A stretch of DNA of 44,197 bases from a virus: the UHGV virus genome UHGV-0105297. One strand, 5' to 3'. The number at the start of each line of letters is the position of its first letter. The first letter of the stretch is position 1. This document shows, one piece after another, positions 26,167-34,080 of the stretch. The position numbers and the translations under genes were made by a program. The notes under the pieces were generated by a model that searched no databases, was not told the origin of the DNA, and saw only the letters and a list, made by a program, of their open reading frames with translations.

Positions 26167-28470
26167 ATGAGCGCACAACAATCATTCAAGGATCTGACCG
26201 AACAGGAAATAGCCGAAGCGCTATCCTACATCGATTCCAGTTGCGACCGTGAAACATGGGTGCGCATGGCGATGGCGGTCAAGTCTGAATTAGGCGACGG
26301 CGGTTTTCCCGTCTGGAATGACTGGTCACGTCAGTCGGATAAGTACAACAGCAAAGACGCCCGCGACACCTGGAAATCAGTAAAACGCCACGGTGGCATT
26401 GGTATTGGTACACTCATTGGTGAGGCGCAATTGTTCGGCTTCTCGCTGAACGATAACGAACGCACGCCACTGACAGCCGAAGAAATCACCGCGCGCAAAC
26501 AGCGCCGCGAAGCAGAAGAACAGGCAGAGAAGCAGCGCCGCGCAGAGAGCATGGCGCAGGCAGCAGAGCAGGCCAGCAACATTTGGGAAGCGTCAGCCGA
26601 ACTGGAAGGCGACGAACACCCGTACCTGAAGCGCAAGCAGGTTAAGGCGTTCGGTCTGCGTATTGGCCGGTTCCGCAACCAGGATGGCGCACTGCTGGTG
26701 CCTATCCGTAACATCGACGGGCAGATCACCAGCCTACAGGCCATATTTCATAACGAAAACCCGCTGATTGGGCGTGACCGTGACTACCTGCCAGGCGGCC
26801 AGAAGCGTGGATGCTTTCACGTCATTGGCAACAAGCCGACAGGTGCCAGCCCGGTCATTGTTATCTGCGAAGGGTATTCCACCGGTGCATCCATCCACAT
26901 GGCGACAGGCTATTGCGTCATTGTGGCGTTTGATGCCGGTAACGTGCCGACAGTTGGCAGGCTGATGCGCCAGCAGTTCGGACGCGCAACAATCATTGTG
27001 GCTGCTGATAACGACCAGTGGCACGACGAAGGCAAGCAGAATGATGGCGTTCACTACGCGCGCCAGGCGGCTACGCAATCAGGCGGCCTGCTGGTGGTGC
27101 CGAAGTTCGACAAACTGAGCGACCAGCCGACCGACTTCAACGACCTGCACGCATTGCAGGGTTTAAACGCTGTGCGTGACCAGATTAACGCCGTACTGCC
27201 TGAACCGGCGAATGATAACTGGCTGCCGCTGGATGCCACGGTGAACCCGTTCATGTATCCGCACATGAGCAACCAGCAGAAACCATTAAGCACCTGGGAA
27301 AACCTGGAATGGATGCTGGACCAGTACGGCATTAAGGCGCGCTATAACGAGATCAGCAAAAACGTGGTGGTCACCATCCCTGGCCGCGATTACGGCATGG
27401 ATTCCGCCGACAACTGCGCCCTGGCGGAGATTTCCAGCCTGTGCGCCCGCAACGGGATGCCGAAAGGTGACGCCGGGGATTACATCAAACTGATTGGCGT
27501 GGCCAACCGATACAACCCGGCGGCAGAATTCATCACGTCACGGCCCTGGGATGGCGTCAGCCGCATTTATGACCTGGTGGATACCCTGACCACACCGGAC
27601 GGTTTTGATCGCGGTCTGGTGCTGATGATAGTGCGCCGCTGGCTGATTTCTGCCGTAGCTGCGGCCATGAAGCCAACCGGTTTCTGGTCCAAAGGCGTGC
27701 TGGTGCTTCAGGGCGATCAGTCGCTGGGTAAAACGTCATGGTTCAAATCGCTGCTGCCGCCGACCATGCGCGACCTGATAAAAGACGGCGCGACCATCGA
27801 CCCGTCAAACAAAGACAGCGTGACCACGGCGATTGGCCACTGGATGGTTGAATTAGGCGAACTGGATGCAACATTCCGCAAGGCCGACATTGCCAGGCTG
27901 AAATCGTTCATCAGTTCTGACGTTGACATGCTGCGCCGCCCTTATGACCGGCTTGAATCGAAATACCAGCGCCGCACGGTTTTTTTTGCATCGGTCAACC
28001 CGAAACACTTCCTGGCCGATGACACCGGGAACGTGCGCTGGTGGACCATACCCGTCACTGACGTGAACTATGACCACGACATTGACACACAACAACTGTG
28101 GGCCGAAGTGGCGCAACTGTACCGCGACGGTGAACGCTGGTGGCTTGATCGCAATGAAGAAGCCATGCTGGAACAGGTCAACAAAGAACACGAAGCGATT
28201 GACCCGGTAGAGGAAATGATACTGATGCGCTACGAATGGGGTTGCGACAGACCAGCAGCCTACGCAGAGCGCACAGCCACGCAGGTGTTGCAGGAAATCG
28301 GCTATGACAAGCCGAACAAGTCACAGACAACCCATTGCGCTGGTGTACTGCGAAAACTCACTGGCAAGCCTGCCAGGAAGTCTGGCAGCAATCGGCTGTT
28401 TAGCCTGCCGCCGAAGGTTCCTAACCCTGACCACCGGCGATTCAATGACGATGATGACCGGCCATTTTGA
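26167..28470 (+). CDS. Bifunctional DNA primase (PriCT-like N-terminus + Toprim) fused to VirE/P4-alpha-type P-loop NTPase
   Basis: Toprim 'VVICEGYSTGASIHMATGYCVIVAFDAGN...DND'. Walker A 'GDQSLGKTS' in the C-terminal half. 767 aa. Confidence 0.75.
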   Translation: MSAQQSFKDLTEQEIAEALSYIDSSCDRETWVRMAMAVKSELGDGGFPVWNDWSRQSDKYNSKDARDTWKSVKRHGGIGIGTLIGEAQLFGFSLNDNERTPLTAEEITARKQRREAEEQAEKQRRAESMAQAAEQASNIWEASAELEGDEHPYLKRKQVKAFGLRIGRFRNQDGALLVPIRNIDGQITSLQAIFHNENPLIGRDRDYLPGGQKRGCFHVIGNKPTGASPVIVICEGYSTGASIHMATGYCVIVAFDAGNVPTVGRLMRQQFGRATIIVAADNDQWHDEGKQNDGVHYARQAATQSGGLLVVPKFDKLSDQPTDFNDLHALQGLNAVRDQINAVLPEPANDNWLPLDATVNPFMYPHMSNQQKPLSTWENLEWMLDQYGIKARYNEISKNVVVTIPGRDYGMDSADNCALAEISSLCARNGMPKGDAGDYIKLIGVANRYNPAAEFITSRPWDGVSRIYDLVDTLTTPDGFDRGLVLMIVRRWLISAVAAAMKPTGFWSKGVLVLQGDQSLGKTSWFKSLLPPTMRDLIKDGATIDPSNKDSVTTAIGHWMVELGELDATFRKADIARLKSFISSDVDMLRRPYDRLESKYQRRTVFFASVNPKHFLADDTGNVRWWTIPVTDVNYDHDIDTQQLWAEVAQLYRDGERWWLDRNEEAMLEQVNKEHEAIDPVEEMILMRYEWGCDRPAAYAERTATQVLQEIGYDKPNKSQTTHCAGVLRKLTGKPARKSGSNRLFSLPPKVPNPDHRRFNDDDDRPF

Positions 28471-28518
28471 TTGTTCATTCGCCCGCACCGGCGGGCATTT
28501 TTAATTAAAGGTGACATT

Positions 28519-28992
28519 ATGAAAATTGTTTTATCCGCGATCTACATCGCATCCATTTGCCTGGCTAACTTTTCCGTCCACCTGTTCGGGCCTGCAATCA
28601 CTCCGCTTAACGCTTTCCTGTTAATCGGGCTTGATTTCGTTATCCGTGACAAACTGCACGAACGCATTGGCATTGCCAGAATGCTGGTGCTTGTCGCCGT
28701 AGCTGGGGTAATCAGTTTTGCTATTAACCCGGCAACAGACATGATCGCAATAGCCAGCGTTTCGGCGTTCGCGCTTGCATCCGTGACTGACGCCACCGTT
28801 TACCAGGCGCTTATCCGTAAACCCTGGTTGGTGAAATCTAACGGCAGCAACCTGGCATCATCAGCCGTGGATTCCCTGGCGTTCCCGCTTATCGCGTTCG
28901 GCGCATTTCTCCCGCTGGTGGTCATTGGTCAGTTCGCTGCAAAGGTATTCGGCGGCGCGATTTGGGCATGGATGCTGCGGGGTGTTAAATGA
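28519..28992 (+). CDS. YhhQ/VUT-family queuosine-precursor (preQ0/preQ1) transporter homolog, short form (157 aa)
   Basis: Multi-TM protein. 'FLLIGLDFVIRD', 'LANFSVHL' and 'SNLASSAVDSLAFPLIAF' parallel E. coli YhhQ 'FIFLATDLTVRIFG', 'SSNYLVQL' and 'GNVSDTLAFFFIAF'. RBS AAAGGTGA. Confidence 0.6.
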   Translation: MKIVLSAIYIASICLANFSVHLFGPAITPLNAFLLIGLDFVIRDKLHERIGIARMLVLVAVAGVISFAINPATDMIAIASVSAFALASVTDATVYQALIRKPWLVKSNGSNLASSAVDSLAFPLIAFGAFLPLVVIGQFAAKVFGGAIWAWMLRGVK

Positions 28993-29759
28993 CCACACAT
29001 TACCACGGCGGCCCACTGTGGGGCGGTGACGAATTGCTGAAGGCGCTTTATCGCAACACTGGCGCGCTGGTTTCCTACGCACGGCCAGACCAGATAAAGA
29101 AAATCGCAGCCATCCGCTGCAAACTGGTTCTGGACAATGGCGCATTCTCCACCTGGCGGAAAGCGGCGAATGACAACGGGAAGGAATGGTGGCGCAAACA
29201 TTGGGAAGGATATTATGACTTTGTTGGCGAGTGGTTCAGCCGCATTGAATGGTTCATCATTCCTGACGTGATTGAAGGTAGCGAACAGGAGAATGACGAA
29301 CTGATTGGCCAGGTTCCTGAATGGCTGATGCCAAAGGCTGTGCCGGTCTGGCACAGTGATGAAAGTATAGAACGACTTGTGCGCCTTTGTGAGCGCTTCA
29401 GCCGCGTGGCAATAGGTTGTTGTGGTCCACATCGTTCGATCCGTTCAGCGGCCTGGAAATCACGCATGACTGAGGCATTCAGAGCCATATATGTGGAACG
29501 CAATATGACGGTGAAGATCCACGGTCTGAGAATGCTGGATGGCCGCGCATTAAGCCAGTTTCCGTTTGACAGCGCAGACAGCACCAACGTGGCAACAAAC
29601 GTTCCAAAGACGATGGCCAGGCTACCAAACATCACGGATAAACTGCACCGTACAGCTATCATGCGGCACACTATCGAGATGGTGATGCCGCCAACGGTGG
29701 AAGAATGGAAGGTGGCGCAGAACGACAACACGCCACTTTTACACTGGAATGCATCATAA
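28989..29759 (+). CDS. TGT-like (queuine tRNA-ribosyltransferase fold) DpdA-like protein, candidate 7-deazaguanine DNA transglycosylase
   Basis: 256 aa, translationally coupled (ATGA) to the YhhQ homolog. 'VLDNGAFS' resembles the TGT substrate-pocket 'DSGGFQ' motif. No TGT zinc site, as in DpdA. Assignment rests on size, motif and the YhhQ association. Confidence 0.45.
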   Translation: MTTHYHGGPLWGGDELLKALYRNTGALVSYARPDQIKKIAAIRCKLVLDNGAFSTWRKAANDNGKEWWRKHWEGYYDFVGEWFSRIEWFIIPDVIEGSEQENDELIGQVPEWLMPKAVPVWHSDESIERLVRLCERFSRVAIGCCGPHRSIRSAAWKSRMTEAFRAIYVERNMTVKIHGLRMLDGRALSQFPFDSADSTNVATNVPKTMARLPNITDKLHRTAIMRHTIEMVMPPTVEEWKVAQNDNTPLLHWNAS

Positions 29760-29780
29760 CCCGCTTCGGCGGGTTTTTTC
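29757..29780 (+). terminator. Rho-independent terminator (CCCGC-TTCG-GCGGG + T6)
   Basis: Hairpin plus T run immediately after the DpdA-like gene. Confidence 0.65.
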
Positions 29781-29802
29781 TTTTATTGATATGTAAAAAC
29801 GA

Positions 29803-29840
29803 TTGGAACATTTACCTAAGTAAATATAGTATTAATCACA
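29803..29840 (+). promoter_or_regulatory. Promoter/operator cassette copy B (TTGGAA-18-TAGTAT with TTTAC-CTAA-GTAAA palindrome)
   Basis: ~47/57 identity to copy A at 23695-23751. Followed by RBS and ATG at 29878. Confidence 0.45.
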
Positions 29841-29877
29841 TGAAGCGGCGCAAGCCCGCAGTAATGAGGATTAGAAA

Positions 29878-30126
29878 ATGGCAAAAGCACTGGCAAAAAA
29901 CAAAAAATACGTTCTGGCTACTTACACCGCTGACGTATACAAGGGTTACACATTTCTGTTTGACGCAAACGATGACCGTCTGGAAACCAGCCCGCTCGCC
30001 ATCATTGGTGAAGCCAATCCAGTTGGTAAACAGTTTTCAAAAGGCCGTCACGCCGTTCAGAACGTAGTTGATGCGAACGGTAAAGAACACACCGTTTTCC
30101 TGGGTGACCGTTCTGTTGCCGCATAA
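29878..30126 (+). CDS. Hypothetical protein (82 aa)
   Basis: RBS GAGGA. Clean ORF. No domain recognised. Confidence 0.4.
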   Translation: MAKALAKNKKYVLATYTADVYKGYTFLFDANDDRLETSPLAIIGEANPVGKQFSKGRHAVQNVVDANGKEHTVFLGDRSVAA

Positions 30127-30172
30127 CCACCACGCCCCACCAGCGTGGGGCCAATAAAAACGAGGTAACGCC

Positions 30173-30250
30173 GTGCGTACATTTATCATCGACATGATTT
30201 TAACAGTGACGTTTGTGGCCGTTGTTTTCTACATCAATTTTCTTATGTGA
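30173..30250 (+). CDS. Very small hydrophobic peptide (25 aa, GTG start), speculative
   Basis: RBS GAGGT 7 nt upstream. 'VRTFIIDMILTVTFVAVVFYINFLM' is a single TM-like segment. Confidence 0.2.
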   Translation: MRTFIIDMILTVTFVAVVFYINFLM

Positions 30251-30257
30251 GGCATTT

Positions 30258-30374
30258 ATGATTTTTGACTGGCTTAATTCATTACCGAAATGGCAAGCGC
30301 GCCGCGTTGCGCTGCTTTACTTCCCGGCGATCTGCTGGGCCACTGCTGCAATTATTGTTTGGGGTGCGATATGA
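30258..30374 (+). CDS. Small membrane protein (38 aa), translationally coupled to the next gene
   Basis: 'MIFDWLNSLPKWQARRVALLYFPAICWATAAIIVWGAI'. Stop overlaps ATG 30371. Confidence 0.3.
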   Translation: MIFDWLNSLPKWQARRVALLYFPAICWATAAIIVWGAI

Positions 30375-31123
30375 AAGAGGTGAATGTTGATAACGTGCAG
30401 GCGCGCATTGCACATTTGGAAACGTGCGCGCAGATCGGCTGGCGGCTTTCTATGGGCCATGAATTCGAAATGGAGTGTTTGCGGCAGTTGCTGGCCGCAA
30501 TGGAACAAAAGCCGTTCATGTATGGTATCGCAGACCCGGACGGAAACCCGCACATGGATGAAATGTGTGTCAGCCCAACCCGGTCATCCGTTGAAGATGC
30601 CGTGTCATGTTTAAACGAAGATAATACAGACGTTGGCGAGGCGCTTTATCAGGTTGTTCCGCTTTACCGTCACCCTGTGAATCCAGCACCGGAGAAATAC
30701 AACGTCGGTGAAGCCACCATGCTGCACATCTTCACTGCTACAGGCATGACCAACGTTTCTGACATGCAGGCTGTGTTTGACCGGGTTGAAGCGGTGCTGG
30801 TTAAGCTGGAACGGAAACCAAAGGTGATAGAGCCTGAAGGGTGGATGGACATGATGACCAGGCTGGCAAATGGTCTGGAGCTAATGACATCGTTGGCATC
30901 AGAAAGGGCAATCAGTGTTGACACGTGTGTTTGTCTGGAGTGGGTACGTGACGCACGCGCCATGATTAACCAGGCGCAGGAACCAGCCACAGACAACACC
31001 GCGCAGCAGTTTGAAAGCCTGGCTGAAAATACGGAACCGTGCGTGATTTGCGGCGTGGTATCGAGTCACCCGGAAGGCTGGCACTACTGCCACGCCACCA
31101 GCGCGGGGAGCGGCAATAAATGA
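30371..31123 (+). CDS. Hypothetical protein (250 aa; the ORF track extends to 30290 but likely starts at MKEVN)
   Basis: ATG overlapping the upstream stop. C-terminal Cys/His cluster 'CVICGVVSSHPEGWHYCH'. Confidence 0.4.
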   Translation: MKEVNVDNVQARIAHLETCAQIGWRLSMGHEFEMECLRQLLAAMEQKPFMYGIADPDGNPHMDEMCVSPTRSSVEDAVSCLNEDNTDVGEALYQVVPLYRHPVNPAPEKYNVGEATMLHIFTATGMTNVSDMQAVFDRVEAVLVKLERKPKVIEPEGWMDMMTRLANGLELMTSLASERAISVDTCVCLEWVRDARAMINQAQEPATDNTAQQFESLAENTEPCVICGVVSSHPEGWHYCHATSAGSGNK

Positions 31124-31422
31124 GCCTGGCCAGCGACATCCTGCGGCGTGCTGCTGTGTCGCCGGAGCAATACAAGCCGTCACCGGTGGTGGCGGTGAAA
31201 CAAAAACCAGCAGTGATACCAATCAGCAATCGCGGCCTGCATATGGCGCGTGTTCCCGGCTGCTACCGCGTTGAATGCGGATGGCGTGCGAAAGCATGGG
31301 ATGGCGTTATGGAACATAACCTGGGGACGTTCGACACGTTTACGCGGGCACGAATAGCCTGGAGATTGTGGCACCTGTGGAAATGCAGAGGCTACGAAAA
31401 CATACCAACCGGGAAAAACTAA
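31120..31422 (+). CDS. Hypothetical protein (100 aa)
   Basis: ATGA-coupled ORF. Trp/Arg-rich C-terminus. Confidence 0.35.
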   Translation: MSLASDILRRAAVSPEQYKPSPVVAVKQKPAVIPISNRGLHMARVPGCYRVECGWRAKAWDGVMEHNLGTFDTFTRARIAWRLWHLWKCRGYENIPTGKN

Positions 31423-31445
31423 CCGCCTTCGGGCGGTTTTTTATT
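31422..31445 (+). terminator. Rho-independent terminator (ACCGCC-TTCG-GGCGGT + T7)
   Basis: Hairpin plus T run directly after the 31120-31422 gene. Confidence 0.65.
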
Positions 31446-31504
31446 TGGTAGATTTTCGCATATCAACCACTTTTTTCGATAAGTAATCATCACACAAATG
31501 CGAT

Positions 31505-31776
31505 TTGGGACTATCTATGGTCCCAAATGGGACTATCTTTTTCGGAGATAGTCCCACGTTAAGTGCATGATATTAATGACGAAAACACCACTTGGGACTA
31601 TCAGGGACAACATATTTATAAATATAGATTTAAATATTAGGGTAGCCACGAGTAATATATAGGAATGATAGTCCCAGTTGTCCCAACTTAGTCCCAAAAT
31701 GCCGTTTTTGTTACTGCAATCAATAACATAACGTTGGGACTATCTTTTTATAGTTGGTCCCAAGTTAGTCCCACGC
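31505..31776. repeat. Iteron array: 11 copies (full or partial, both orientations) of TTGGGACTATC / GATAGTCCCA flanking a ~60-bp AT-rich spacer; candidate replication origin or activator-gene operator array
   Basis: Direct full copies at 31505, 31527, 31592 and 31734. Inverted copies at 31547 and 31667. Partial inverted GTCCCAA at 31520, 31680, 31690, 31757 and 31768. AT-rich 31605-31665. Confidence 0.55.
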
Positions 31777-31844
31777 TGTTATTTGGCCTTTTCTTGCGCT
31801 ACAATCCCCCATGTTGACTTTTATTTATAATTATTGGGGGTTAT

Positions 31845-32291
31845 GTGGACCTTCCGCGCAGTGTTCAAGAAATAGCTGACGTTATTGGGCGTGAACGCGC
31901 CTTGTATCTTATCGGTCAGTTACCGGTTTATACCGTCAGAGATAAGCGCGGCCACGTCAAAGACACCCGCGTTATTCTTTATGTGCCGAAAACGCTGGCG
32001 GTGGATTCCGACCTGGTAAAAATCCTCGGCTGGAATGATGCCAGCAAGATGGTGCGATATTTCGGCGGCGAACTGCTTTACCCTGGAAACTGCAAAGAGA
32101 TTTACCGGCGCTTTATCATCCAGACCATCAAGCGCATGTGCAGCGAAGGCATTGACCACAAAATCATTGCCCACACGCTGGAAGTCTCAGAGCGCACCGT
32201 TAAGCGCCACTGCACTGACAACCCCCACAAAGACCAGAAGCCTGCCAATGACAATCATCGCGAACGTCAATTACTAACCGTGGGGCTTTAA
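31845..32291 (+). CDS. Mor/C-family-like late transcription activator (small protein with C-terminal HTH)
   Basis: 148 aa. C-terminal 'IIAHTLEVSERTVKRH' HTH. Sits immediately upstream of the lysis and packaging genes. A late-promoter-like motif lies at its 3' end. Confidence 0.4.
   Translation: MDLPRSVQEIADVIGRERALYLIGQLPVYTVRDKRGHVKDTRVILYVPKTLAVDSDLVKILGWNDASKMVRYFGGELLYPGNCKEIYRRFIIQTIKRMCSEGIDHKIIAHTLEVSERTVKRHCTDNPHKDQKPANDNHRERQLLTVGL
32215..32233 (+). promoter_or_regulatory. Late motif variant CTGACAACCCCCACAAAGA (copy 2), inside the 3' end of the Mor-like gene, 63 nt upstream of the holin start
   Basis: One mismatch to the consensus. Confidence 0.45.
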
Positions 32292-32296
32292 CTTGA

Positions 32297-32620
32297 ATGA
32301 GCATTTTTGAGAAACTTCTGGATAACATTGGTTGGGCGATAGCTGGCATGATGGGCGCATTGGTTGCTGTGCCTTTCCATGATGACAAATCGCTGAAAGG
32401 CCGCCTGTGGTTCGTGTGTAGCGGCATTGCCTGTTCTTACTTCCTTACAGGCTGGTGGTCATGGTTCTACAGCATTCCCAATAATCTGGCCGGTGCAGTT
32501 GGTTTTCTGCTTGGCGCATTTGGTGGTTCGCTGGTTGCGGCTGTCATCAGGAAGATTCAAACCGCCGACCTTGCGAGCTTGATTGAAACTATCAAGAGCA
32601 AATTCGGTGGTAATGCATGA
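32297..32620 (+). CDS. Holin (lambda S-like)
   Basis: 107 aa with 3 TM segments. C-terminus 'LASLIETIKSKFGG' parallels lambda S 'IGSLIKRFAAKKAG'. Precedes the endolysin. Confidence 0.6.
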   Translation: MSIFEKLLDNIGWAIAGMMGALVAVPFHDDKSLKGRLWFVCSGIACSYFLTGWWSWFYSIPNNLAGAVGFLLGAFGGSLVAAVIRKIQTADLASLIETIKSKFGGNA

Positions 32621-32895
32621 CAACGTTCGCCATTAATTTTATCGCCGTCTGTTTCATCTTCATTTGGGCATCATGGTGCGTGGTGTACAGCGGAGTGAAA
32701 GACGGCATTGTTGGAAAACTGTTCTTCTCGCTGGTGGCAATATCCGCACTGGCAATAATCATCCACACCCTTACCGGCCATTACGCTAAACGGCCATTCA
32801 TCACCATGAACGTCAGCATTGCGCTGGTTGGTGCGCGTCACGTCTTTATGTCGTGGCTGAAGCGCTACCGGACATCGCAGCAGAGGAAAATTTAA
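32617..32895 (+). CDS. Small membrane protein in lysis cassette (possible antiholin/holin partner)
   Basis: 92 aa, 2-3 TM helices, between holin and endolysin. Confidence 0.4.
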   Translation: MTTFAINFIAVCFIFIWASWCVVYSGVKDGIVGKLFFSLVAISALAIIIHTLTGHYAKRPFITMNVSIALVGARHVFMSWLKRYRTSQQRKI

Positions 32896-32896
32896 C

Positions 32897-33385
32897 ATGC
32901 CATTCATCTCACCCCAACAGGCCGGTGGTAAGAACGTTTGCGCGTTCCTGGATGCCATCGCGTTCAGTGAAGGCACTGACAACGGCAGACAGCGCACCAA
33001 TAACCACGGCTATGACGTGATTGTTGGCGGCGGCCTGTTCACCAGTTATGCCGACCATCCACGTAAGCTGGTGGCGTTGCCTTCCCTGGGCATCAAATCC
33101 ACCGCCGCTGGCCGTTATCAGTTGTTAAGCCGCTATTTCGACGCCTACAAAAAAACGCTTGGCCTGAAAGATTTCAGCCCGCTGTCACAGGATCTGATTG
33201 CCATTCAGCAAATCCGTGAACGCAAGGCGCTGCAACTCATTCAGGCTGGCCAGTTTGAACAGGCGGTGCGACAGGTTCGCAATATTTGGGCTTCACTGCC
33301 TGGCGCTGGTTATGGGCAGCATGAACACAAACTGGAAAACCTGCTGGCAGCATACCGCCAGGCCGGTGGAACGGTGGCAGCATGA
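32897..33385 (+). CDS. R: Endolysin, lambda R-type lytic transglycosylase
   Basis: Near-colinear with lambda R: 'FLDAIAFSEGTDNGRQRTNNHGYDVIVGG.LFTSYADHPRKLV', 'AAGRYQLLSRYFDAYKKTLGLKDFSP.SQD' and 'NIWASLPGAGYGQHEHK'. Confidence 0.9.
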   Translation: MPFISPQQAGGKNVCAFLDAIAFSEGTDNGRQRTNNHGYDVIVGGGLFTSYADHPRKLVALPSLGIKSTAAGRYQLLSRYFDAYKKTLGLKDFSPLSQDLIAIQQIRERKALQLIQAGQFEQAVRQVRNIWASLPGAGYGQHEHKLENLLAAYRQAGGTVAA

Positions 33386-33915
33386 CAACCGCAATCATTG
33401 CGTTTGTGAAGGCATACTGGCGAGTGATCGCCGGTATGCTGGTGGCCGTCCTGGTGGCGGCCATGCTGGTGCTGTACGGCTACAACAAGGCCGATGCAGC
33501 ATGGCAGACCAAATGGCAGGCGCGCGACCTGGCTGACGAGAAGGCGAAGAACGCCGCGCTGATTGAGGCGACCGAAAAAAATAAACGCCTTGCTGCTGCA
33601 CAGGAGCAGGCAGCACAGGCATACGAGAAGGGCAAACAAGATGCACAACAAGAGGCTGAAAGCACTATTGCTGCTTACCGCGCTGGCACTATCAGGCTGC
33701 GGTCACAGTTCACCTGCTTTAACCGGAGTATGTCCAACGCTACCACCAGCGCCAGCGTCCGTGATGCAGCCAGTGGATGCGGACTTTCAGAAACAGATGT
33801 CGAATTTCTTGTTCGATTCGCAGAGCGCGCCGACAAGGTAGCCCACCAGCTTAGGGCTGCGCAGGACATCATCCGGGCTGACCGTGAGGTGATGAACGAG
33901 GCGAAAGAAAAATGA
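33382..33915 (+). CDS. Rz: i-spanin (Rz-like)
   Basis: N-terminal TM, then a long coiled-coil. Follows the endolysin with overlapping start. Confidence 0.7.
   Translation: MTTAIIAFVKAYWRVIAGMLVAVLVAAMLVLYGYNKADAAWQTKWQARDLADEKAKNAALIEATEKNKRLAAAQEQAAQAYEKGKQDAQQEAESTIAAYRAGTIRLRSQFTCFNRSMSNATTSASVRDAASGCGLSETDVEFLVRFAERADKVAHQLRAAQDIIRADREVMNEAKEK
33641..33841 (+). CDS. Rz1: o-spanin (Rz1-like lipoprotein) embedded in the +1 frame of Rz
   Basis: 'MHNKRLKALLLLTALALSGC' is a signal peptide plus lipobox. Pro-rich mature part. Wholly nested inside Rz. Confidence 0.6.
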   Translation: MHNKRLKALLLLTALALSGCGHSSPALTGVCPTLPPAPASVMQPVDADFQKQMSNFLFDSQSAPTR

Positions 33916-33939
33916 AAAAATGTGACGCAGACCGCACAA

Positions 33940-34030
33940 AAATGCTTGACACCATCGAAATGTTAAAATTTCGCGGGTCCTTCCCTGCGGCCACCCCTTG
34001 CGGGGGCAGTGCCACCGCATAATTCGCGTT
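33940..34030. other. Candidate cos region (lambda-like) between the lysis and terminase genes
   Basis: 'CGCGGGTCCTTCCCTGCGGCCACCCCTTGCGGGGGCAG' has partial dyad symmetry and resembles the lambda right-end/cosQ 'CGGGTCCTTTCCGG' context. Nu1/gpA-type terminases are cos-cutting. Confidence 0.3.
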
Positions 34031-34080
34031 CTGCGTGGATAATCAAAATCGGTTTTAGCATTAGAAAGAGGCGATATTAA

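Noticed and set aside
30121-30160. Hairpin GCCCCAC-CAGC-GTGGGGC after the 29878-30126 gene as a terminator
   Set aside because: Not followed by a T-tract on either strand, so it is not supported as an intrinsic terminator.
30290-30370. 5' extension of the 30371-31123 gene given by the ORF track (MASAPRCAALLPGDLLGHCCNYCLGCD...)
   Set aside because: The extension overlaps the better-supported 38-aa membrane ORF in another frame and has no RBS. ATG 30371 is translationally coupled to the upstream stop.
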